From an uncultured Phycisphaerales bacterium (GTDB taxonomy: Bacteria; Planctomycetota; Phycisphaerae; Tepidisphaerales; Tepidisphaeraceae): a stretch of 64,000 nt of DNA. The DNA lies in NCBI GenBank assembly GCA_963758525.1, contig CAVWVQ010000001.1, positions 1-64,000 on the forward strand, in the 5' to 3' direction. The notes beneath the pieces are model-generated. The model was not told where the DNA came from. It saw only the letters and a list, made by a program, of their open reading frames with translations, and made no database searches. Shown here in pieces: positions 52,478 to 60,480 of this stretch; positions within the stretch are counted from its first letter, which is position 1; the number at the start of each line of letters is the position of its first letter. The translations under genes were made by a program, and so were the position numbers.

Positions 52478-53014
52478 ATGAACGCATCAGAAACATGGCA
52501 GGATCACACGGAGGCGATCGCCGCCAATCGGTGCGCCGAAGCAGGTGCCAGATACCAAGGGTATCGCCAGCTCCTGCGCGAGATTGCATCCGATGGCAAC
52601 CTGTCCGACGGTCGCAAGGATCAGCTTGAAACCCTCGGTCAATCGCTCGCGATACCCGCCGATGAGATTCGCCGGGATCTGGCGACGATGACGGCCGCGG
52701 TGGCGCGGGAGAAACTCGCTGGCGGTTCCGACGCCGCAAGGGTCGCGGCGCAGGCGGCGCGTGAGGCGGTTGACGCTCACGTTACCGAAACCGATCGGCT
52801 GGTGTCCGCGCGGGAAGAGGAAACTTGGCATCTTCGGCATGATCGCAAGGTGACTGAGAACGAGCTTCGCGCCGCGCACGAGACGGCAGAGCGAGGCGTA
52901 TCGACGACAGCCGAAGCGCAGGCGGAGCTTGACCAACTCCGAATCGACCACGCGCAACTTTTGAATCATCCCACGACGGCCCCGGTGTCCCCGGCGGCTC
53001 ATATCGTGGCGTGA
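52478..53014 (+). CDS. Coiled-coil hypothetical protein, paralog A
   Basis: YRQLLREIASDGNLSDGRKDQLETLGQSLAIPADEIRRDLAT. Confidence 0.7.
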   Translation: MNASETWQDHTEAIAANRCAEAGARYQGYRQLLREIASDGNLSDGRKDQLETLGQSLAIPADEIRRDLATMTAAVAREKLAGGSDAARVAAQAAREAVDAHVTETDRLVSAREEETWHLRHDRKVTENELRAAHETAERGVSTTAEAQAELDQLRIDHAQLLNHPTTAPVSPAAHIVA

Positions 53015-53050
53015 CTATTAGCCGGCAAGTTCCGGCGGAAAGAAGAAGCA

Positions 53051-53728
53051 ATGGATTTTCTGAAACGACTGAAGGCGCGGCGAGCCGAAAAGCACGCCAC
53101 CGTGATTGAGAAATATGCGGCACTGATCCGACGAGCAGCGAATGGAGGCGAGCTCTCTGAAGCGGATACGGCGCGGCTTGATGCTCTTGCTGCGGAACTG
53201 AAGTTCGAACCGGAGCGCATTGAAGCGGACGTTGAGACGATCAAGCGCGTTGTAGCGCTCGAGGAAATCGCCCCGACGCTGGACGCAAAGAAGGTGGAAC
53301 ACAAGGCGTTGACCGTCGAACTTGGCGCGGCTCACGATGAACTGAAGACGATTCTCGCGAGGTTCAATGAGCGCATCACGTCGATCGAAGGACGCAAGGG
53401 ACAGGCGGGCGTTGCAATGACGGAGGCGAGCCAGGCGGTCGATGAACTTGCCGATCTGCGTTCCCGTCACTGGCGTTTGCTCGGCTTCCCCGAACCACCC
53501 AAACGCGAAGTGCCGGAAACGATCATCGATCCGATCAGCGATGGGCATCGGATCTACCAGGATTCCTACGCGGAGGTCTACGGCGGCGAGAGTAAGACGC
53601 CGAAGCCGCTCCCTGAAGTGATGGCGCCGTTGCCGGGTCCGCCAGCACGGGTTCACGTCACAGCATCGGCGGAAGAGACGGGCGTTAAAGGACGGATCCG
53701 CGGGACGATCAGTGTGCAGCCAGCTTAA
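53051..53728 (+). CDS. Coiled-coil hypothetical protein, paralog B
   Basis: YAALIRRAANGGELSEADTARLDALAAELKFEPERIEADVET. Confidence 0.75.
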   Translation: MDFLKRLKARRAEKHATVIEKYAALIRRAANGGELSEADTARLDALAAELKFEPERIEADVETIKRVVALEEIAPTLDAKKVEHKALTVELGAAHDELKTILARFNERITSIEGRKGQAGVAMTEASQAVDELADLRSRHWRLLGFPEPPKREVPETIIDPISDGHRIYQDSYAEVYGGESKTPKPLPEVMAPLPGPPARVHVTASAEETGVKGRIRGTISVQPA

Positions 53729-53729
53729 A

Positions 53730-53925
53730 CCCGCCGGCCAGGGTGTGCGGGGCCGCTCACGGCACCCCGCGTTACGAAGACCGTGAGCGGGTGAATCGTT
53801 TCGAGCCCGGCCAGCGGTGGATTTTCGTTCGTTTGTCCACCGCGAGAGACTTAACCCCGAAGGTCCGGCGGGATGCGAAAATCGACGACGGACCAACCCC
53901 GGCAGCGGTGAAAGCTGATGTCGGG
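53730..53925 (+). ncRNA. Candidate structured RNA with pseudoknot
   Basis: Enclosing stem 53730-37/53865-72; hairpins 53746-71, 53789-808, 53814-43, 53898-925; loop 53753-62 is complementary to 53781-90. Confidence 0.45.
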
Positions 53926-53953
53926 ATTTGAAAGAACAACTTAACCGCGGCGA

Positions 53954-55072
53954 ATGCCGCAAGGAATTTCAAATGACCAAGTCTTCAACACTTCAGCGGC
54001 GGCGCAGCATCCGGGTCGTCATCTCGGGCGACCTTGGGCAATTGCACCGCGCGACTTCGAGCCAATCCTTCAGAGTGTCTCAACCCTGAATTTCAACAAT
54101 GTGCCGGCACCGTCGGATGATGACGCCGCGCCTTATCGAGTGGTCAACGGACTGGCGATTGTCAGCGTCGGCGGCCCGTTGGTTTCGAGCGCCGATTGGA
54201 TCGATGAATACCTCGGCTTTGTGGGGCTCGACGACATTGAAAACGCCGTGAATCAGGCAGCAGGCGATCCGCGGATCAATGGCATCATGCTCGCGGTTGA
54301 CAGCCCGGGCGGCACGGTTGCAGGAACAAGCTCCGCTGCGGCCGCCATTGCCAGAGCAGCAAGGATCAAGCCTGTACACGGTTACTCGGCAAACTGCGCG
54401 TGCTCGGGCGCTTACTGGCTCGTCTCGCAATGCAACCGCTTCACTTCCGGCGATACTGCCGCCGTCGGCAACGTCGGAGTGTACGCGGTTCTCTGCGACA
54501 GCACCGGCATGCAGCAACAGCTTGGATTGCGGCTTAGTCTCGTCTCGACTGCGCCGTACAAAGGATTGGGCGCTGACGGCGCGGTGAGTGATGCGTTGAT
54601 CGCGGACGTGCAGCGCGAGATCGCCGATATCAATCAAGTCTTTCTTGCGGCGGTTTCCCGCGGGCGGTCGCTCGATTCTACGAAGGTTCTGTCGGTCGCC
54701 GACGGACGCGCCCATATCGGGCAGGCTGCGGTTTCGCTCGGACTGTCCGATGGCATCTGCAGCTTTGAGGACGCGTGCCTCGCGCTGCTGAAGGAAACAG
54801 GCGATGCCGGTTCACCGCTAGGGCCCGCGTCGGCGGCGCCGGTGAAGTTCGCTCCCGACGATGACGCCAGCGAACCCATGCCCGATATCGATCCGCTGTC
54901 TCGTCGATCGACACAATCACCCGAGGCTGCCGCGCTCGCGGAATGGCAGAGCGATCCGAGTCTCCGTGAGACGTGGAAGACGCAAGAGCGGTTCACGAAA
55001 TGGCGCACCAGCACTGCCGGGATTGCGCATGCCCAACGATCGCAGAGCCGCATCGCGGGGACGTTCCGATGA
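53954..55072 (+). CDS. S49 family peptidase (lambda gpC-like prohead protease) with scaffold-like C-tail
   Basis: PWAI, VDSPGG, ACSGAYWL, VGNVGV, APYKG, VSRGR; tail AALAEWQSDPSLRETW. Confidence 0.88.
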   Translation: MPQGISNDQVFNTSAAAQHPGRHLGRPWAIAPRDFEPILQSVSTLNFNNVPAPSDDDAAPYRVVNGLAIVSVGGPLVSSADWIDEYLGFVGLDDIENAVNQAAGDPRINGIMLAVDSPGGTVAGTSSAAAAIARAARIKPVHGYSANCACSGAYWLVSQCNRFTSGDTAAVGNVGVYAVLCDSTGMQQQLGLRLSLVSTAPYKGLGADGAVSDALIADVQREIADINQVFLAAVSRGRSLDSTKVLSVADGRAHIGQAAVSLGLSDGICSFEDACLALLKETGDAGSPLGPASAAPVKFAPDDDASEPMPDIDPLSRRSTQSPEAAALAEWQSDPSLRETWKTQERFTKWRTSTAGIAHAQRSQSRIAGTFR

Positions 55073-55407
55073 ACGCCACCTATCAAACGATGATCGACCT
55101 TGTTCTCTGCTATCGCAGCTCCGCGCAGATTGGCGCGATGGCACGGCTGAACTGCGGACAGATCTGCGCGATGTTCCGGCGCTCGCTGGCGGCTGGCGTC
55201 GGCGATGCACTCTCAGGACGTTTCTACCGCAAACACGCGGCGCTCGGACGGAGCTGCCGTGCCGACATCGCCGATCTGTTCAAGCGTGAAGCTGATCGGT
55301 GGGCGCTTGCGCTGAGTGGATATGCGAAGCGCCGCAACTTGTTCGGCGCGGTCGAAGATGACCTCCGCGTTGAATCTGAACGTCTAGGCGGAACCACCCG
55401 CATTTAA
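55069..55407 (+). CDS. Hypothetical protein
   Basis: ATGA overlap with the S49 gene; 112 aa. Confidence 0.55.
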   Translation: MNATYQTMIDLVLCYRSSAQIGAMARLNCGQICAMFRRSLAAGVGDALSGRFYRKHAALGRSCRADIADLFKREADRWALALSGYAKRRNLFGAVEDDLRVESERLGGTTRI

Positions 55408-55422
55408 TCGAGGTAACCAGCA

Positions 55423-56916
55423 ATGGCCAAAAGTGAACGACAAGTCGATATTGCAATCACGGCCCGCGACGAAGCGTCAAGCGTTTTCAAGAGCGTTGCG
55501 GCGCAGGCGCGTGAGTTCAATATGGAGGCGAAGCGCAGTGGCGAGGGCGCAGTCGAGCGGCTGCTAAAAGGCGGCGGTGCCCTTGGTCTCGCGACATTCG
55601 CGCTTGAGGGCGCGGGACATGCTGCCAAGGCGTTCAGCGAATCGCTTGCGGAAGTTGCCAACGGTGAGCGGTCTGTCCAGGAAGGCTTCGGACACATGCT
55701 GGAGGGGGTCTCCGGCGCGGTGCCCGTGCTGGGGACGTGGGTCACGGCGTTCCGTGAAATCGAAAATGCAGGATTCGACGCCGCAGCTTCCATCGCCGCC
55801 GCCTTCGGCGCAGACAAGGCAACGCAAGAGGCCATTGAAAGTTCCGACACCCTCAAGGCGCATTATGAGGCGCTCTCCAAGGCGATCTACGAAGGCGAAA
55901 AGCTGGCGATGGCGGGCAAGGCAAAAGCCACGATCGCCGGATTGACGGGCATAGAGAGAGAGCGGGCCGAGGCCAACAAGGCATACCAAGAGGAGCTCGA
56001 CCATATCGAGCAGCTGCGCAAAGAAAAAGAGAAGGGGTTGGACGCCGACGGGAAACGCGCCGCCGACAAAGGATTCAATCAGGCGCGTATCGAAGCTGAG
56101 AACGCGCTCAATCAGAAGCTCGCCGAACTATCCCGCGAGGCGGCAGACCAAAAGGAAGAAAACCAACTCAAGCACCTCGAGCGCGTCAAGTCCCAAGAAG
56201 ACTTGGCCGACGAAGTTCGGCTTCGTGAACGCGGCCGCGATCTTGAGGCTGATCTGGTCGCATTGACGGCGGCGCATGAAAAGGAGCTCGCGGAAATTGA
56301 CCGGCTGCATCAGAAACAAAAACTCAGTGACCAACAGGCAAAAGAGGAGCGTGCCGCTGCTGATGAAGCGTTCGAGGCGCGATCCGGCGAGGCACGGGAG
56401 AAGGATGCCGCGGCCAAGCTCGAACGGAACGATTCGATCAATCAGACGCTCAACGCCGCCAAGCTCGCTGCGCTGAAGGAACAGGCCGCGATGGGCGATC
56501 AGGGGGCAGCCGCGGAGGCCAGGAAGTGGGAAATCTCCCTGAAGTACACCGCCGAAAAAGAGAAGCTCATCCGACTCCTGCGCGATGAGAAGGGGTTGAC
56601 TGATGCCCAGCACGCGGCGGCAATTCAGGCGCTGGGGGATCTTGAGAAAGCCAGAAACAAGGAACTGGAAAGCAGCAAAGTTGAACCGCAGGAGAACCGC
56701 AAGGCGGCCCTCGAGGAATCATCACAACTGGCTGGCGTGTCGGCATCACAGGACATCGCAAAAGAACATCTTCAAACCGCGAAGGATTTACTTGACGAGG
56801 CCAAGAAGAATAACGACACGCTGACCCAGGCGGCCGCCGACATCGCAACGATGGTGGGATATCTGGACCCGAGCAACGCCACGTCGGCGAACAGCGTTTT
56901 TGGAGACAGCCAATGA
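55423..56916 (+). CDS. Tail tape-measure-like protein
   Basis: N-terminal VDIAITARDEASSVF, Gly/Ala hydrophobic segment, long Ala/Glu/Lys coiled coil; GAGG RBS. Confidence 0.65.
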   Translation: MAKSERQVDIAITARDEASSVFKSVAAQAREFNMEAKRSGEGAVERLLKGGGALGLATFALEGAGHAAKAFSESLAEVANGERSVQEGFGHMLEGVSGAVPVLGTWVTAFREIENAGFDAAASIAAAFGADKATQEAIESSDTLKAHYEALSKAIYEGEKLAMAGKAKATIAGLTGIERERAEANKAYQEELDHIEQLRKEKEKGLDADGKRAADKGFNQARIEAENALNQKLAELSREAADQKEENQLKHLERVKSQEDLADEVRLRERGRDLEADLVALTAAHEKELAEIDRLHQKQKLSDQQAKEERAAADEAFEARSGEAREKDAAAKLERNDSINQTLNAAKLAALKEQAAMGDQGAAAEARKWEISLKYTAEKEKLIRLLRDEKGLTDAQHAAAIQALGDLEKARNKELESSKVEPQENRKAALEESSQLAGVSASQDIAKEHLQTAKDLLDEAKKNNDTLTQAAADIATMVGYLDPSNATSANSVFGDSQ

Positions 56917-57155
56917 CCGATCCACGCGTTATCGACATGATCGAGGCGACCCGGCGGAGCTTCATCGGGCTTGAGGAAAGCTACGCCAAGCACTCTGAAG
57001 TCATGGACCGGCATGTCGAGTACATCGGCGATCCGGATGTTTCGACGCGCGAGGACTGGAAAGCGCTCCTGCCAGAACTAGCGAATCTGCGTCGCCGGTT
57101 GGCGGTGTTTCACTCGGCGCTGGGACGGCTGGAAAAGCATATCAAGAGGGAGTGA
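56913..57155 (+). CDS. Small hypothetical protein
   Basis: ATGA overlap; 80 aa. Confidence 0.55.
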   Translation: MTDPRVIDMIEATRRSFIGLEESYAKHSEVMDRHVEYIGDPDVSTREDWKALLPELANLRRRLAVFHSALGRLEKHIKRE

Positions 57156-57189
57156 GGCGCGCCGGTGCGGAACTATAGGAATTTAGTTC

Positions 57190-57230
57190 TTGACTATGAT
57201 TCGGTACGCCTCTATATTTATTCCATAGTC
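57190..57230 (+). promoter_or_regulatory. Sigma70-like promoter overlapped by an inverted repeat
   Basis: TTGACT-17 nt-TATATT; GACTATG...CATAGTC. Confidence 0.6.
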
Positions 57231-57248
57231 ATCAACCAAGGAGCAGCC

Positions 57249-57440
57249 ATGACAACCGGGACGCGCCCGACCGCAACCCTGAAGAGAATGATTACCGCGG
57301 CAGCCGCCGATCGCGATGCCATGCTCCGCGAGGCCGGCGACTATGCCGGAAAGCAACGCTCGGATCGGTATTGTGAAGCTGATCGGCTCGACGGTGTTCT
57401 CAACGCACTGAAGGCGGAGCTGATCGAAGCGGAGGGGTGA
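57249..57440 (+). CDS. Small hypothetical protein (63 aa)
   Basis: AAGGAG RBS, own promoter. Confidence 0.6.
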   Translation: MTTGTRPTATLKRMITAAAADRDAMLREAGDYAGKQRSDRYCEADRLDGVLNALKAELIEAEG

Positions 57441-57527
57441 ATCGGGGGCGCCCGTGTCACAATTGACGAACCTCTGCGAAAAGTGGGCTCTCAGACTCCG
57501 CCTGCATAAACGCCACGGTAAACCTTT

Positions 57528-57719
57528 TCACAGCTTCCCCTTCGCCAGCTTTCCCTTCGGGCGCCCAGGCTTGCGGACACGCACGTCGGCAAGGCTTTTC
57601 TCTTCGATCATATAGACATTGCCGAACTTGGAGGCGCGAAGCCGGCCGGCGGTGATAAGGGCAATCACGCGGCGGCGGGTGACTTTGAGCTTCGCGGCGG
57701 CGGCGGTCGTGGTCAACAT
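57528..57719 (-). CDS. Excisionase-family (HTH_17) DNA-binding protein
   Basis: MLTTTAAAAKLKVTRRRVIALITAGRLRASKFGNVYMI...KPGRPK. Confidence 0.82.
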   Translation of the reverse strand: MLTTTAAAAKLKVTRRRVIALITAGRLRASKFGNVYMIEEKSLADVRVRKPGRPKGKLAKGKL

Positions 57720-57877
57720 TGCCGCCAGAGTCTACAGACTGACAAGAAAATATCTATGCACCCTTGCGAACAGTTCCCCGCGTTGTATAGTTTCTCGTAG
57801 CTTGCCGAGTGGCGAGCATTCAAAGTGCCCCCGCGACGTGTCACCGTCCGGGGGCCGGTCAAAGCTTTTAAGGAGCA

Positions 57878-58339
57878 ATGACGATGGAAAATGTACTGCA
57901 TACCGCGCCGCGTTTGAATCTTGCGGGTGTTCCCAAACATGCCCGCACGATCATCCGCAAGGCACCGGCGACCTGGCACCGCTGGCTCGCGTTCCTGAAT
58001 GCCGCCGACGATCCCGACTTCGAGCTGGTAGCCGAAGAAGCGGCGCCCATGTTTGAACTGGTGGCAAAGCTGACACGGCTGGGCGTCCCGTTCGATGAAA
58101 GCTTCCTGCAGCGCGTCGCGGAACTGCGGGAGGAAATGAAGTGGACGGATGCCGACAGTGACGGCGATGTGAGTGTGGACGATGGGAAGGAAGAACCACC
58201 CGATGAGCGGTTCGGACCCTGCGACAACGACGATCCGGCTTGCCGGGAGGACCTGCAACCAACTATCCGCCGGGACTTTGACGGCACCACAAGCCAGCAC
58301 AAGCCTTTGCTCAGCGAATGGGCGGGGGTGCCGCGATGA
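57878..58339 (+). CDS. Hypothetical protein
   Basis: AAGGAG RBS; ATGA overlap with the bet-like gene. Confidence 0.6.
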   Translation: MTMENVLHTAPRLNLAGVPKHARTIIRKAPATWHRWLAFLNAADDPDFELVAEEAAPMFELVAKLTRLGVPFDESFLQRVAELREEMKWTDADSDGDVSVDDGKEEPPDERFGPCDNDDPACREDLQPTIRRDFDGTTSQHKPLLSEWAGVPR

Positions 58340-58896
58340 AAACCACCAATGATGAGAAATCGTTGCTCCTGCTCAAATCGCTCTACGATCTGACGGACGA
58401 TCAATTCCAGATGTTCCTTCTCGACCATCAAGTTTACGATCTGGACCCCGCCCACCGCCTCATCGTTCCGCTGAGAAACCGCGACGGGTCGAAGACGAAT
58501 TTCTTGACCCTCGCCGCGAGAAGGCTCAGCGCCTTCCGGACAGGGGAATACGTCGGTCGCGAAGGCCCCTTCTGGTGCGATGCTGAGGGCAAGTGGTCCG
58601 ACGTGTGGCTGAGCGACGAGCCGCCCGCCGTCGCGAAAGTTGGCATCCGTCGCAAGGGGTTTCCCGAGCCGGCGTGGGGACAAGTCACGTGGAACGAGTA
58701 TGCCCGCTGGAAGAAGGGGAAAGGCGGCGCCCGTATCTATACGCGGTTTTGGCGATTGATGCCGTCGCACATGCTCGCGGTTGCCGCGGAACGGAAGGCG
58801 TACAGCATCGCCTTCCCCGATCTGATGGTTGGACGGGCGCTCAAGGAAGAATCAGTAATTGCACCCGGCGAGCTTCGATTGGCGGCGGAAGTATAA
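58336..58896 (+). CDS. Redbeta/Bet-like (RecT-family) single-strand annealing protein
   Basis: TDDQFQMFL...LDP, RTGEYVG..GPFWC..GKWSDVWL..PP..AKVGI.RKG, EY, WRLMPSHML...AER.A...AFP. Confidence 0.8.
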   Translation: MKTTNDEKSLLLLKSLYDLTDDQFQMFLLDHQVYDLDPAHRLIVPLRNRDGSKTNFLTLAARRLSAFRTGEYVGREGPFWCDAEGKWSDVWLSDEPPAVAKVGIRRKGFPEPAWGQVTWNEYARWKKGKGGARIYTRFWRLMPSHMLAVAAERKAYSIAFPDLMVGRALKEESVIAPGELRLAAEV

Positions 58897-59004
58897 CTTC
58901 TGATCGGTTGTGGCAAGATTTCCACAACCGATTCTTTGATCGAAAACTGACACGGGCCGTCCGCTGGCTAACGCTGGCGGAGGCGATTGAAAGGAACGTG
59001 AACC

Positions 59005-60295
59005 ATGGCTGACGTATTCAAGCGAAAGAGCAGTACGGGCGAGGCGCTGAGCATTTACTACGGCAAGTTGAAGGTCGTGCCCGGGACGTGGAAGCGCGTC
59101 AGCCTGTACACCGACAAGGAATCGAGCCGCCGGCGACTGCGCGAATTGCAGACCGAAGCAGACCAGCGCCGCGCAGGTATTCTCACCCCCGATACCGACC
59201 GGCTGGCGTTGCCGATTACCACGCTGGCGGAGCAGTACGGCGAATCGTTGCGCACCCAGGGGCGCGACGGGGATCACCTGCGCATCGTGAAATGGATGAA
59301 CGAGCAGCTTATCGAGCTTGGCGGCTGGAAGTTCTACCGGGACATCACCCGCGATTCGATGGGGAAGATTCTCGCCACGCTGGAGGGGCGGGGCGCCACC
59401 GCATCGTACCGCAACAAGTATCTGGCGCGGTGAAAGCGCTGGTGAACTGGCTTCTGCCTGATGGCGCAGCGTCTCCGCTGGCCAAGGTGAAAAGGATCCG
59501 GGAGAAGGGCGCAAAAAGACACGCGATCGGCGAGCCGCGACGGCGGATGAGCTGGCAGCGCTGATCGCGCTGGACATGCCCGACGATCGACGCCTCGCGT
59601 ATGCCCTGGCGGCATTCAACGGGCTTCGCAGGAATGAAGCCGCGCGGCTCAAGTGGAAGAGCCTGGCACTCGCCGCGGTCATTCCGTTCCTGGCGGTTCG
59701 CAGGAAGCAGGGACAGACCGACGAGCCGGATTACATTCCGGTGCATCCCTACGTTGCGAAACTCCTGGCCGGGCGGTTGGCCATGCCAGCGGCGACGGTA
59801 TTGCCCAACGTCCCCGACGTGGCCACGCTGGAAAAGGAATGGACCAAGGCGGGCGTGGCGTTCGCTGATGAGAAGGGGCGCAGGCTCGACTATCACGCCC
59901 TTCGTCACACCTTCCAGACCACGTTGGACCGCACGGGCTGCAGCCGGGCAACGAAGAAGAAACTGATGAGGCACGCGAATGAGGACGTGACAGACGGATA
60001 TGCGCATGCCGAGCTTTCGGAAATGCTGGAGGCGATCCTGCGCGTGCCGTCGCCGATGGAATGGCAGACGTTGACCGCAGCGGCAACCGGCACCGATCCG
60101 GCGGATATCACAATCTTGCGGGTTGGTGGACCAAATATGGACCAAGCCGCGACCCTTGAGCGGCAACGAGCGGCAACAACCCAGACCGCCGATGGGTTGA
60201 TTTTGACCCCTTGCCCGGAAACGCAACCCGCGTATGATGCGAGGCTTGGGAATGAGCGGAGTCACCGACGGGAAAAGCGACGGTATTTCAGGTGA
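59005..60295 (+). CDS. int: Tyrosine recombinase / integrase (frameshifts near 59428 and 59520)
   Basis: GLRRNEA (R), YHALRH (HxxR), LMRHA, DGYAH (Y); adjacent to attR. Confidence 0.88.
60125..60144 (+). promoter_or_regulatory. Putative integrase arm-type binding sites (right)
   Basis: GGTGGACCAAATATGGACCA. Confidence 0.7.
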
Positions 60296-60348
60296 TCACC
60301 GGATCGTTGACGACACATGCGGCCGAGTACCCAAGCGGACTAAGGGGA
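60207..60348 (+). repeat. attR: 142-bp direct repeat including the tRNA promoter
   Basis: Copy of 45413-45554; TTGCCC-16 nt-TATGAT at 60211-60238. Confidence 0.95.
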
Positions 60349-60394
60349 CGGATTGCAAATCCGTTATTCGTCGGTTCGAATCCGACCTCGGCCT
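60321..60394 (+). tRNA. tRNA-Cys(GCA)
   Basis: Acceptor GGCCGAG/CTCGGCC; anticodon arm ACGGA-TTGCAAA-TCCGT; T arm GTCGG-TTCGAAT-CCGAC; U73; CCA not encoded. Confidence 0.95.
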
Positions 60395-60480
60395 TCTTCG
60401 CCGGAATGTTTTGTCATCCTCCATGTCAACTCGTTGCTGAGCGGTCTTTGGAGGGGTGCTGGCGGACTTGAGGGCAGATC

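Larger units (their letters stand above)
45413..60348. mobile_element. 14.8-kb integrated phage-satellite-like (PICI-like) element at tRNA-Cys
   Basis: Direct repeats, tyrosine integrase, AlpA, helicase with iterons, cos-like site, terS; no capsid, portal or terL recognised. Confidence 0.88.

Noticed and set aside
59420..59540. Programmed frameshifting in int (also ligD, amrS)
   Set aside because: No slippery heptamers seen, and similar breaks occur across unrelated genes, so sequencing error is more likely
45413..60348. Complete prophage or conjugative element
   Set aside because: No capsid, portal, terL, lysis, relaxase or T4SS genes recognised; size too small
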